From NCBI GenBank assembly GCA_002337125.1, contig DDFJ01000001.1, forward strand, positions 967,342 through 1,031,341: 64,000 nucleotides of DNA, read 5' to 3'. Source of the stretch: Chitinophagaceae bacterium UBA1931. GTDB lineage: Bacteria > Bacteroidota > Bacteroidia > Chitinophagales > Chitinophagaceae. Under the pieces are notes generated by a model. It was given only the letters and a program-made list of their open reading frames with translations. It did not search any database and had not been told where the DNA came from. Shown one piece after another: positions 1 through 9,895 of the stretch. A program made the position numbers and the translations under genes. Every line of letters begins with the position of its first letter. Position 1 is the first letter of the stretch.

Positions 1-1854
1 TGCAGGTAAATGATTCTTCATCCAGCTGAGAATTGCTGCAATGCCTGCTGCAATTTCCTGCGCACTATCGTCGGTGAAATTATTAACGCCAATGGTTACT
101 ACAATCAGTTTGGGTTTTGCAGTGGCATAAGCTCCATGCTGCAACCGCCACAGTATATGTTGTGTACGGTCGCCACTAATACCTGCACTGATCCATTTGT
201 AAGGCTTAAATGCTGCTGTGAAAGCATCCAGACCGGGTTTGTATGTAACGTTGGGTCTGTCTCCGCCAATGCCCTGCGTAATGGAGTTACCGAGAAAAAC
301 AATATCGGCTCCGTTACCATTGAGCAGTAATGAATCAATGTCGCTGTTTTGTTTCCACCAGTCGGCAGCTTCCTTCCACCCTGCTGCCGAACGGTATTCG
401 GCTGATGGCGCAGCAACTGTTGCAAAATTTGTTTTATGATTGGTGGCTCTTAAAATAAAATCAACAATGGGCGAAGGATTGGGCAAACTGTGCGGGTGAT
501 GTTTTACGCCTGCTTTATGAATAACCGTAATAGAGCCGCCTGCTTTTTTAACGGCAGCTTCAAACGGGTTGGTGTTTTCGTCAACAGGTACAACTTCATC
601 AGCATCGCCCACCACATGCAGCATGGGAAAACCAAGGCGTGCAATTTTTTCAGCATTATCCAGCGGACTGTTATGAAACTGCAACGCTTCTTCTTCCGTT
701 AATGCATAATCCTTTTTAAATATTTCCCAATCTTCTTTACTGCCGGGGCCTTTTCCTTTACCACCGGGCCAGCTTCGTGGATCAAGCACAGGAGCATCGG
801 CATACACACAGGCAACTTTGCCGGGGTTGGCCAATGCCCAGTTGTACACGTACATACCGCCTCGGCTCATACCTTCCAGCACAACTTTTTTCGATAGTCC
901 GGCTTTGTGCATGTAGCTGTAAAATTTATTCCAGGTGGTAACGGCTTCTTTGTTACCGAAAAGTTCAGCCACATCGCAATACACTACATGAAAACCTCTT
1001 TCCAGCAGGGCAATATCGGTTTGCGGTTCGTGCCCCCAGAAACGTGCACGCCAGATCCATGGTAAACCTTCAGCAGCTTTTTTGGGTTTAACAACTTTAC
1101 ATGCATGGTTGCTGAAAACAAAATCGGCACATTCATAACCATAAAACGAGCTGATCTTTTTTTCTTCGCTGATGAATGAAAAGATGTTGAATGATTTTTT
1201 GCTGTTGAGCATTACTGCTTCATATAAACGTTTGGCAATAATGGTTGCGCCTAATGAGGAAGGATGAATACCATCGGGCAACAGCTCGGGCTTATCAATA
1301 AACAGCGAATACAAATCAATGACTTCGCACCCCGTTTTGTATGCAACATTTTGAATATGCGGAATGATTTGCTGCCTGATTACGGGATCATAAATCTGGT
1401 TACTGTCTTTCATAAACGATGGAACAGGAAGCAGCAAAATAATGCGTGGCGCCGATGGCAGCTGGCGCAGTGAATCAATTAAATCGTTATAATCATTTTC
1501 AAATTCGTTGAGGAATGGTCGGTTGATGGCTTTACTATCGTTGGTGCCGAGTTTAATAAAAACAATATCCGGGTTGCTGGCAATGGCTTTTTTAAACTCA
1601 GCTGTTGCCCAATAGGGATAGTTTCCTTTGCGGAGTAAGGTTCGTCCGCTAACACCGAAATTCATAACCTGGTAACCATTGCCCAGCATGTTTTGTAACT
1701 GCTGCGGGTAACTGTTTTTTTCACGGTTGGCCACTCCCGACCCGTAAGTAATACTGTTGCCAATACAGGCTATGCGTATTGTTTGGGCAATGGATGAAAT
1801 GGTTGCTGTTGCTGAAACTAAAACAATAAGAAAGATTTTTTTTACCGGAAGCAT
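1..1854 (-). CDS. Multi-domain carbohydrate esterase (SGNH/GDSL domain, alpha/beta-hydrolase domain, second SGNH domain). The 3' end runs off the window.
   Basis: Absent from the ORF track because no stop lies inside the window. My minus-strand translation from the ATG at 1854 reads MLPVKKIFLIVLVSATATISSIAQTIRIACIGNSITYG (signal peptide plus SGNH block I). A central LEGMSRGG nucleophile elbow lies near 857-880. A second ADIVFLGNSITQG block lies near 262-300. The frame stays open to position 1. Confidence 0.75.
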   Translation of the reverse strand, partial: MLPVKKIFLIVLVSATATISSIAQTIRIACIGNSITYGSGVANREKNSYPQQLQNMLGNGYQVMNFGVSGRTLLRKGNYPYWATAEFKKAIASNPDIVFIKLGTNDSKAINRPFLNEFENDYNDLIDSLRQLPSAPRIILLLPVPSFMKDSNQIYDPVIRQQIIPHIQNVAYKTGCEVIDLYSLFIDKPELLPDGIHPSSLGATIIAKRLYEAVMLNSKKSFNIFSFISEEKKISSFYGYECADFVFSNHACKVVKPKKAAEGLPWIWRARFWGHEPQTDIALLERGFHVVYCDVAELFGNKEAVTTWNKFYSYMHKAGLSKKVVLEGMSRGGMYVYNWALANPGKVACVYADAPVLDPRSWPGGKGKGPGSKEDWEIFKKDYALTEEEALQFHNSPLDNAEKIARLGFPMLHVVGDADEVVPVDENTNPFEAAVKKAGGSITVIHKAGVKHHPHSLPNPSPIVDFILRATNHKTNFATVAAPSAEYRSAAGWKEAADWWKQNSDIDSLLLNGNGADIVFLGNSITQGIGGDRPNVTYKPGLDAFTAAFKPYKWISAGISGDRTQHILWRLQHGAYATAKPKLIVVTIGVNNFTDDSAQEIAAGIAAILSWMKNHLPA

Positions 1855-2070
1855 AGCTGTTATCTGTAATTTATTATGATGGATGATGTGCTGAAACCTG
1901 TGTAAGATAGTACATGCTTTTATTGGCTGTGCCTGTTCACTGCATTTTTGAACAACCGTTTGCATGCTGCATTGAACATGATAGTGCAAGCTGGTTGGGT
2001 GTTCTTACGTTCTTTGGCGCAGGTCTCCCGACCTGATGCCAACAGTTACTTGGTAAAAAAGCTCAGTGAA

Positions 2071-2205
2071 TTAAATCAAGAGTAAGCAATCCTTTTTCCT
2101 TATCGCATGATAATCTTTTGCACTGCTGTACAACCATTCTTGTGCAGAAAGAACATAACCTGCACGTACAGGATTTTCATGCACATCGGTAAAACGTTGT
2201 TTGTT
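2071..2205 (-). pseudogene. C-terminal remnant (44 codons) of an IS200/RayT-like Y1 (REP-associated tyrosine) transposase
   Basis: The minus-strand translation is NKQRFTDVHENPVRAGYVLSAQEWLYSSAKDYHAIRKKDCLLLI*. The HENPVRAG...W.YSS pattern is the conserved C-terminus of Y1_Tnp-family proteins. An in-frame stop lies immediately upstream (2206-2208), and there is no room for the N-terminal catalytic part. Confidence 0.6.
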
Positions 2206-2233
2206 TTAGCAGTTGCCTGTAATGTGTAAAACA

Positions 2234-2259
2234 AAAAGCCGGTTAGTTAACCGGCTTTA
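2234..2259 (-). terminator. Rho-independent terminator downstream of the DUF4382 gene
   Basis: The sequence aaaaagccggttagttaaccggcttt forms a GC-rich hairpin (agccggt/accggct). On the minus strand it is followed by a T-tract. It starts 23 nt after the stop at 2282. Confidence 0.6.
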
Positions 2260-2281
2260 TAAAAGTATTTATTGAGTTCTG

Positions 2282-3166
2282 TTATTTTTTAAGAGTTACC
2301 AATGGTATTTTTGTTTCAGCACCTGCACGAACGGTGATGTTTTGTATGGTGGTGTCTCTGTACCCGTTGGGTGATGTAAAGGACAAATTGTACACCCCGG
2401 CTTTCAATCCTCTTATTTTAAATTCACCATCATGCTCTTCCGGTATGGCCAGTGCAGAATCAGTACTGTTGTAAGCCTTGATGATGGCTTTTGCATCAGG
2501 TGGTGCCACTTTTCCTTCAATGCTTCCGGTGCTATGTTCAGCAAACGGAACAATGAATGGCTTCAGGTAATACATGCCGTTACGCATTACCACTGATTCG
2601 CAAACATTAAAATCGAGCCAGATGCTGGAATTTCCCCTGTGATCATCATCTTCATCTTCGTTGTCAATTTTTACATACACATAATTTGATGTTCCGGGCA
2701 GGAGGTTTAACGGGTAGCTTACACCAGTTGCAACTACACGGCTGCCTGTGCCTAAGGTAATTCTTATTTTACGGATTGCACCTGCCGGCAGATTAACGGT
2801 GCCCAGTAAGGTATCAACTCCATTTCTCAGATTCATTACGTTATAAATACCGGGACTAATGGCAAGGGTATCCCAGTAACCATAACTATCATGATCATGA
2901 TGGTCATCATCTTCATTTGCATCATGGTCGCCATAATGATCATCTGCCATATGCTCACGGCTTGTATCGATTTTTACTTCCACATAGCGGATATCAACAA
3001 AAAACGAATCAAAGTTGCATGGATGATCAGTAAGAAAAACAGAAAGCTTTTTTGAATTGTTGGCTGCATTTGCAGAGTTTTCTTTTTTACAGGCATTAAT
3101 GATAAATAAAGTGGCCAGTAACAGAAATGAAAAGAAAAGGGCATTGCTGAGTTTCAGCTTCTTCAT
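2282..3166 (-). CDS. DUF4382-like lipoprotein with C-terminal carboxypeptidase-regulatory-like beta-sandwich. Contains His/Asp-rich insertions.
   Basis: 294-aa ORF with a lipobox-like leader (LFIINAC). LSVFLTDHPCNFDSFFVDIRYVEVKI resembles the DUF4382 N-terminus. Acidic/His tracts are DDHYGDHDANEDDDHHDHDSYGY and DNEDEDDDHRGN. Confidence 0.65.
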   Translation of the reverse strand: MKKLKLSNALFFSFLLLATLFIINACKKENSANAANNSKKLSVFLTDHPCNFDSFFVDIRYVEVKIDTSREHMADDHYGDHDANEDDDHHDHDSYGYWDTLAISPGIYNVMNLRNGVDTLLGTVNLPAGAIRKIRITLGTGSRVVATGVSYPLNLLPGTSNYVYVKIDNEDEDDDHRGNSSIWLDFNVCESVVMRNGMYYLKPFIVPFAEHSTGSIEGKVAPPDAKAIIKAYNSTDSALAIPEEHDGEFKIRGLKAGVYNLSFTSPNGYRDTTIQNITVRAGAETKIPLVTLKK

Positions 3167-3361
3167 ACAGAATTTTTTTTAATTGTTAAAAATGGTACTA
3201 CAGGAAATTGTATATAGTGTTTACAAATGATGCCCGTAGAATTCATTTTCTGAATTCTGAAGCTGGATTGGTATTACTAACGTTTCAAATTTCAAGCCAA
3301 GCCGGGATCAGGGCTATATTATTTTTTTGATCAGGGCATAGCCGGGACTTTTTGGCGCAGT

Positions 3362-3781
3362 TTATATTCTTATTTTGATTGTAATTGCAGGCATTGATTT
3401 TACGGCGAAGGATTTATAATGTGGCACAATTATTTGCTGATTGCTGAACGAAATTTTTGCTGCTTTACGGGCATTGGTACCTGCAGTAACAAAGAAGGGA
3501 ATACTTGCAATATCAACGAGCGAACCCACCGAAAAAATAGTCATGCCTATTGCCTGTCCTTCACTGAAAATTTCAAACCAACCTGTTGGTTTTTCTGCTG
3601 TGGCTGTAACAATAGCACCTGTTACCATCATTGCTGTTCCTGTAAAAATCATTACAGTTCCCATTGTTTTCTGTTTTTTACTTCTAAGAAGGTAATCTTC
3701 CTTTGTGCGTTGATGTGAATCCTGGGCTGTGATACAGCTAAAAAAAAACAGGCATAAGATAGATACAAACAGCTTTCTCAT
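3362..3781 (-). CDS. Hypothetical small membrane protein with signal peptide
   Basis: 139-aa ORF with leader MRKLFVSILCLFFFSCITAQ and two hydrophobic Gly/Thr/Ala-rich helices. I recognise no family. Confidence 0.5.
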   Translation of the reverse strand: MRKLFVSILCLFFFSCITAQDSHQRTKEDYLLRSKKQKTMGTVMIFTGTAMMVTGAIVTATAEKPTGWFEIFSEGQAIGMTIFSVGSLVDIASIPFFVTAGTNARKAAKISFSNQQIIVPHYKSFAVKSMPAITIKIRI

Positions 3782-3887
3782 ATTGATGGTTTTAGTTGCT
3801 TAGTAAATTATACTTTTCCGCCAGGAAAGAAAATGATGAAGATCATCGTATGTTTTTATTGCATTTGATGGATGTAAAACAACCGTT

Positions 3888-6173
3888 TTGCAGAAATTGT
3901 ATAACTTCTTCTCTCCTTCTTATATTCCTTACACAAACAACCAACGATCCTTTAATTTTGTAACTGTGGATTATATTAAAGAATACCGCAAGTTTGTTAA
4001 CAGCTACAATTTTGCTTTTGCTGTAAGGGTAACTGCAGCAACAACGCTGCCGGCAATTGTTCTTTCCTATTTCAATCTTTTTCATGTTGGCCTGGTGGCA
4101 TCGTTAGGTGCTATGACGGTGAGTAATGCTGATGTGCCCGGCCCTGTGCACCGCCGCTTTAATGCCATGACGGCAACGCTGGTGCTTAATTTCTGTATTG
4201 CATTGCTTACAGGCTTCAGCAGTAAAAGCCCGGTGCTGGTAACCATTCTTGTGGCGGTATTGTGTTTTGCCTTAACTATTATTGCGGTGTTTGGCACCCG
4301 TGTTAATACAGTTGGTTTTGCAGGGTTGATCATTATGGTGCTTACGCTCGACAGTGTACGAAGCGGCTGGGAAGTTTTGTATAACGGGTTGTATTTGCTG
4401 GCAGGCAGTATGTGGTATATGTTGCTGAGCCTTGCACTATTCAGAATAAGACCTTACCGTATTATTCAACAGGCATTGGGCGAATACATTTTTTCTATTG
4501 CAGGTTATTTAAATACACGTTCACATTTTTACAGCGAAACGGTTGATTACGATAAAACCTATAAGAACCTGATGCTGCAGCAGCAGGATATACATGATAA
4601 ACAGGAAATGTTGCGGGAGATGCTGTTAAAGAGCCGCAGTATTACTAGGCAATCAACAGTAACCAGCCGTACGTTGCTGGTGATTTTTATTGATACGATT
4701 GATTTGTTTGAAAAAATAACGGGAGCTGTTTACAACTATCAATCCATGCACAAGCGCTTTGATGAAAGCGGCATATTGAAGGCCTTTCAATCGTTTATTA
4801 TTGATATGGTGAATGAGCTGGAAGAAATTGGTCTTGCAGTACAGAGCGGGAATGCATCAAAGGCAAGCAAGAGTCTGAATAACTCCATACAGGCGCTGAA
4901 AAAAGATTTTGTACTTTTTGTAGCTGAGCACAGCGATACAGAAAATATCGGCGCACTGGTGAGTATGCAAAAGATTATGGAGTCGATGGAAGATATATCG
5001 ATGCGGCTTTATACCCTGCATCATTATACACGTTATGATCAAAGGCGTGTAAAAGATTTTAAACCTTCCGGCAAACTTTCCGATTTTGTACAACCAACCA
5101 ATTTCGACAAACAGCTGCTCATCGAAAACCTGTCGTTTAAGTCCAATACATTCCGTCATGCATTAAGGGTGAGTATTGCCACCACGGTTGGTTATCTTGT
5201 TGCCCGTGGTTTAGATCTTGGGCACAGTTACTGGGTGTTGCTCACCATTCTTGTTATTCTGAAACCCAGCTACAGTTTAACCAAACAACGGAACTACAAC
5301 CGTTTAATTGGTACAATCATCGGTGTGCTTTTTGGTGTGGGTGTTTTATTTGTTATCGGCAATCAATACTGGCTGCTGGGTGTAATGATTGCGTTGATGC
5401 TGTTATGTTTCAGTTTTATACGTACCAATTATTTTGTTGGTGTGATTTTTATGACGGCGTATTTGATCCTGTTCTTTTTCATGCTTGATCCAAAGAACTT
5501 TGTCGACCTGCTGGAGAACAGGATTGTTGATACAGCCATTGGATCGGTGATTGCTTTTATTGCTACGTATATTCTTGCACCTAACTGGGAAAAAGATCAG
5601 CTGAAAGATTTTATGCAGGAAGCAATTGAAAAATCGAGAGATTATTTTGTTACGGTATCAGATGCGTTTACAAAAGGCCACATGGACGATCATACATACA
5701 GGTTAAGCCGCAAAGAAGCATTCGTGGCGCAGGCAAATCTTTCTGGCGGTTTTACACGTATGTTAAACGAACCAAAGCGTAAACAACACAAGGCAAACCA
5801 GGTGCACCAGTTTACGGTACTGATTAATGTATTAAACTCGCATATAGTTACACTGGCCGATTTTGCACAGAAGTATGCAGCAAAATATGCAACAACAGAA
5901 CTGGTTCCTGTTACAGAAGATGTATCGGCTGAATTAACAGAAGCAAAAAATATTTTAGCGAAAGAAGAAATTGATGATGCAGAAAAAATTCATGCAGATG
6001 CGTTGAGAGAAGATATTAAAGACATTGAAGCAATACGCAGAAAAGAACTGCAGCAGGGATTAACCAATACAGAAACAGAGGCCACTCTTACAGAATACAA
6101 ACCCATACTTGATCAGTATTTGCTGATCAGCCGTATATCGGGTGACATAAAGAAATTAGCTGCGGAGGTATAA
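3888..6173 (+). CDS. FUSC/YccS-family integral membrane protein
   Basis: 761-aa ORF with two multi-helix hydrophobic blocks separated and followed by long helical soluble regions. N-terminal FAFAVRVTAATTLPAIVL and second-block FRHALRVSIATTVGYLV match the YccS/FUSC duplicated architecture. Confidence 0.75.
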   Translation: MQKLYNFFSPSYIPYTNNQRSFNFVTVDYIKEYRKFVNSYNFAFAVRVTAATTLPAIVLSYFNLFHVGLVASLGAMTVSNADVPGPVHRRFNAMTATLVLNFCIALLTGFSSKSPVLVTILVAVLCFALTIIAVFGTRVNTVGFAGLIIMVLTLDSVRSGWEVLYNGLYLLAGSMWYMLLSLALFRIRPYRIIQQALGEYIFSIAGYLNTRSHFYSETVDYDKTYKNLMLQQQDIHDKQEMLREMLLKSRSITRQSTVTSRTLLVIFIDTIDLFEKITGAVYNYQSMHKRFDESGILKAFQSFIIDMVNELEEIGLAVQSGNASKASKSLNNSIQALKKDFVLFVAEHSDTENIGALVSMQKIMESMEDISMRLYTLHHYTRYDQRRVKDFKPSGKLSDFVQPTNFDKQLLIENLSFKSNTFRHALRVSIATTVGYLVARGLDLGHSYWVLLTILVILKPSYSLTKQRNYNRLIGTIIGVLFGVGVLFVIGNQYWLLGVMIALMLLCFSFIRTNYFVGVIFMTAYLILFFFMLDPKNFVDLLENRIVDTAIGSVIAFIATYILAPNWEKDQLKDFMQEAIEKSRDYFVTVSDAFTKGHMDDHTYRLSRKEAFVAQANLSGGFTRMLNEPKRKQHKANQVHQFTVLINVLNSHIVTLADFAQKYAAKYATTELVPVTEDVSAELTEAKNILAKEEIDDAEKIHADALREDIKDIEAIRRKELQQGLTNTETEATLTEYKPILDQYLLISRISGDIKKLAAEV

Positions 6174-6204
6174 TGTAGCGGAGTTATTGCTGCAAGAAAA
6201 GAGT

Positions 6205-6825
6205 TCATTCGTCATATTCCGATTTCCATCCGATTTTCTTTTGTACTTGTTCAAAAGTTGCATTGCTGATGCTTAGTACCTGTCCTCTCTTGTTAATGTA
6301 ACCTGCCTGTTTGCATTCAATGATGTAATGTTTATCCTCATTCTCTCCTTCGCAGCACCAGAGTTTTTCATTGCATTTTTTGCCAATGAGTGCTTTACCC
6401 TTGTAAAAACTTGATGCAGCTTCAAACTGAGGTTTAATCACAATTTCGCCTTTATAATTTGCGAAACCGATTTTACCGCTGTCATTAACAATTCGTATCA
6501 TCCCTTCTCTTAATCCATCGGGTGATGGTTCTCCGCTGCTGGTATTATACACCTTGAAAAGAGGCTTTTCATTTTTATCAATAGCCCACCACCCGCTTTT
6601 TCCCTTTATACCCACTATTGCAAAATATTGAATTGTATCGCTGAAGCACACGTAATATTTTGCAGTATCAAGCCTTGTGATAGTATCACCTCTTTGATTA
6701 ATAAAAACGTAACCAAACTTTTGTTGATCAGTTGTGTCTTGCCGAACCAGCAAATAGTGATGTGGCTTTTGTGCAAAAGAAACAATTGAAACAAGCGATG
6801 CAATGATGAATAAAAGTGTTTTCAT
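6205..6825 (-). CDS. WG-repeat-containing secreted protein
   Basis: 206 aa with a signal peptide. Repeated G(K/W)(W/I)G(F/A)I(D/N)..G..VI.P.F motifs are present (GKSGWWAIDKNEKPLFKVY, GKIGFANYKGEIVIKPQFEAASSF). Confidence 0.7.
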   Translation of the reverse strand: MKTLLFIIASLVSIVSFAQKPHHYLLVRQDTTDQQKFGYVFINQRGDTITRLDTAKYYVCFSDTIQYFAIVGIKGKSGWWAIDKNEKPLFKVYNTSSGEPSPDGLREGMIRIVNDSGKIGFANYKGEIVIKPQFEAASSFYKGKALIGKKCNEKLWCCEGENEDKHYIIECKQAGYINKRGQVLSISNATFEQVQKKIGWKSEYDE

Positions 6826-6850
6826 ATCAGTTTATATTAAACAATATTCT

Positions 6851-7972
6851 TTATTGCTTTACATTCCACTTCGCCAGCCATTTGTTGTATTGCTTTTGTA
6901 ACGATTCAAAATTATCGTAGTACCAGCTGTAGCCATTGCGGCGTTCGCTGCCGATTTCTGCAAGTGTTGGTTTTTTAATTCCATCCCTGTCGCAGAAGAA
7001 AGGTTTCTCCGTATCAAGATCATAAAACCTTGCCAGCAATGGTACTGCAGTTGCATCTTCCACCAATACTACATTTTTCTTACCATCAGCACCCGGTTGA
7101 TTCACCAGTTTAACACCGGTTATCTTATGTGCATCCATCCACTTCACAGCCGATGTTACTGCTGCAATAATTTCAGGTGAAGGATGTTCAATTTCCATGA
7201 GCAGTTGCACAATACCAACTGACTCTGCACCGCTGAACGATGCAAGTTCGTAAGTCCGTGCATTGGCAGGTGCCAATGTAAACTCATCGTGTTGCGCACA
7301 CCACACTGTTAACTGTTTGTTCTTTTTGATCTGTGTGTTTAAAATACATTCAATGCCTTTGCTGTAAGCTTTCTGTATCTTTTCTTTTTTAGCAGCATCA
7401 ACAGGTATTGTATTGAAAGGTTTTGCTGAAGCTGCCACTTCACGCAGCAGTCTTAATACATTCACCATTGCATTATCGTTGTAGGTGATGTGCGATGCAT
7501 ATGAAACCGACTTACCATCCCTGAATGGGTAAAACTGCGGCCAGCCTCCGTTCTTATATTGTGCTTCCAGTAAAAAGTCAATGGCTTTGCTGAATGCTTT
7601 GGCATAACGTTCATCAGCACCTGCTGTGTACATCTTTGCAAGGAAAATCATTTCAGTTGTGGTGGCTCCGTTATCAATGGTTGACCCAACACCTGATCTT
7701 GATTCGATGATTTTGCTGCTGTCCTGCTTTGTCAGGGGAAGATGATAGGGTTTGTTCTTTTGCCAGCCGCCATTATCCTGCTGACAAAACAGAACTGTTT
7801 CAGCCACACGTTGTGCATCGGCAGTTGAGTACCATTGATCAGGCATTTGTGTTGCAACTTTTTTCCAGGAATATTTCAGGTAATCATCATTATTATTTTG
7901 TGCCACAACAGCTGAAGAAATGAACAGCAATACAATTAATGTCTGAAGTATTTTTTTGAATGAATTTATCAT
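6851..7972 (-). CDS. Pectate lyase, PelA/Pel-15E family (PL10)
   Basis: 373 aa with a signal peptide. Motifs CQQDNGGWQKN, GSTIDNGATTTE, QYKNGGWPQFYP and ITYNDNAMVNVLRLL match what I recall of PL10 enzymes. Confidence 0.75.
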   Translation of the reverse strand: MINSFKKILQTLIVLLFISSAVVAQNNNDDYLKYSWKKVATQMPDQWYSTADAQRVAETVLFCQQDNGGWQKNKPYHLPLTKQDSSKIIESRSGVGSTIDNGATTTEMIFLAKMYTAGADERYAKAFSKAIDFLLEAQYKNGGWPQFYPFRDGKSVSYASHITYNDNAMVNVLRLLREVAASAKPFNTIPVDAAKKEKIQKAYSKGIECILNTQIKKNKQLTVWCAQHDEFTLAPANARTYELASFSGAESVGIVQLLMEIEHPSPEIIAAVTSAVKWMDAHKITGVKLVNQPGADGKKNVVLVEDATAVPLLARFYDLDTEKPFFCDRDGIKKPTLAEIGSERRNGYSWYYDNFESLQKQYNKWLAKWNVKQ

Positions 7973-9535
7973 TGTTGAGTTGATTGTAATGTTTGTTTGT
8001 ATTGTAAACTTATATCTGTGAGATAAAATAAACTACTCAATTTTGTAAACTTAAACTCACTGAACCTCACTTCTCCTTTGCCCGATGCAAAAAGCCCCGG
8101 AAGTACACTCATAAAATCATACAAAGTGTTATGATGATAGCCGGATATATCCATGCCCCATGATTCTTTCGTCCACTTAACACCATCATAACTGTAATAA
8201 CCCGTAACGATATTGTTGATGTTCCTGATTTTTAACCAGAGCAGGTTATTGCCGCTGTGTTCAAAGCTGGCTTTTGTATAACCTTTTCTCCAGCGGTAAC
8301 GCTTTTTACTGTCGAAGGAAGTACCTACATAAAAATCGGCATTGTAAAAAAGCAGAATGCCTGCTGCAGTGGCAGAATCTTTATCAATACGTACGCTTAT
8401 TTCATAATTATGTACACCGGGTACAAACATCATGGGGATGATTCGTGTGGTGTTTTTCCCTGTGCCCTGAGTGTGAGCACACCGTTATTCACCTGTACCC
8501 TTGTTGAATCGAACTGTTTGTAAAACTTCCATTCAAGTCCCACACGGAAGTCGCTGAGTTTGGCAAGCCGTTCATCTTTTTGTGTGGAAATGATGGGCTG
8601 TTGAATAGGTTGGGCAACCTTTGCTCCTGTGGGTGCAGTAATCCAGCCATCTTTCGTAAATGTAACCGGCTCCAGTAATGTTTGCCTGCCCATGGTTAAA
8701 AAATCCTTTTCATAAGCATGGTAAATGATCCACCATTTGCCATCGGGTGCATCAATCAATGAACCATGCCCCCTCGACCACCACCTGTCTTTATCGCTAT
8801 ATGTATGTACCAGCGGGTTATTGGGAGCATTTACCCATGGCCCGTTGATGGAAGTTGAACGTGCAACGGTAACCATGTGTGATGTAGCTGGCCCGGCAGT
8901 ACCACCTTCGGCACAAAGCAGGTAATAGTACCGACCAATCTTCTTCACTTTAGGGCCTTCCAATGCAAAACCTTCAGTATCCCATTCATCGGGGAACTTC
9001 CATCCGTCATATACCTTTTCCAAAGTGCCTTGTATGGATGATAAGCCGTCGGTAGTAAGTTTAACTCTTGTGCCGCCGCTGAGGAAAAGCCAGCGCTGAC
9101 CGGATTCATCAGCAATATGGCAGGGATCAATCCCTCCAACATGCAGATCATAAGGCTGGCTCCACGGGCCATAAGGCGAATCGGCCATTACCACAAAGTT
9201 GCCCCTGCCTGAAACGGTGAAATAGATATAATACTTGCCCTGGTATTTACAGATATCGGGTGCCCAAACGGAACCGAGGTAAGTGCGGAGCGCATAGCTG
9301 ATGGGCTGCCAGTTTACCAGGTCGGTTGAATGCCAAACCGTAAGCCCGGGCAGGTAATCAAACGCCAATGGGTCATGTAATAGTCTTTCCCGTCCCTCAC
9401 TATCGTTGGATCGGGATAATCGCCACCCAAAACGGGGTTTAAAAAAACATGATTGTTTTTTGAAGATTGAGCGTCTAGTTCTGCGGCTGAAAAAAGCAAT
9501 AATACGATCAGTAAGGTTTTAAAAACGGATTGCAT
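7969..9535 (-). pseudogene. GH43 beta-xylosidase/arabinofuranosidase-like gene split into three ORFs by two frameshifts
   Basis: ORF 9314-9535 gives a signal peptide plus NPVLGGDYPDPTIVRDGKDYYMTH. ORF 8430-9368 continues in another frame with AFDYLPGLTVWHSTDLVNWQP...WAPDI...EGPKV (GH43 propeller). ORF 7969-8433 gives the C-terminal concanavalin-like beta-sandwich domain. The junctions lie near 9365-9375 and at the GGGG run 8434-8437. Confidence 0.75.
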
Positions 9536-9895
9536 ATTTATATAAATGTGTGAAGTTATATTGAAAGGTATTGAAGAAATAAACGCAGAAGCTTAATTTG
9601 TTTCTTTGGTAACAAACATTGTTGCCGGAAAACATGATTATATGAAAGAAATGCTTGATTTTCATTGGAGAAAATTGATTGGATGAAACAGAATGACTAT
9701 AAAATTCAGCATCATGAATTGTGACGGCAGCTATTAATTTAAATGAGAATGATCAGTTGTTTTAACACTGAGTTTCTTATTTTTGCGGCCGTGCTGATCA
9801 TATTAAAATACATACACACTGTTAACCCAAAAGAAAGAAACCTGCTACACGTCAATTTTTCTTTCACCCCCATTATAAACCAGCCTTTTTTATTG

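Noticed and set aside
3233-3263. Shared words cccgtagaattc + tgaagc occur upstream of two minus-strand genes. One site is 3233-3263, where a 13-nt gaattc-containing duplication forms the hairpin agaattca-ttttc-tgaattct. The other is 61909-61928.
   Set aside because: The exact shared core is only 12 nt plus 6 nt. Many chance 12-mer matches are expected among all position pairs in 64 kb, and the flanks do not align. It is worth a genome-wide count, but it is not convincing from this window alone.
3301-3355. Permuted direct repeats gccggga / tcagggc (gccgggatcagggc ... gatcagggcatagccggga) downstream of the small membrane protein gene.
   Set aside because: These are short (7-9 nt) words in a single locus. 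They have no hairpin potential and no second copy elsewhere in the window, so the evidence for function is insufficient.
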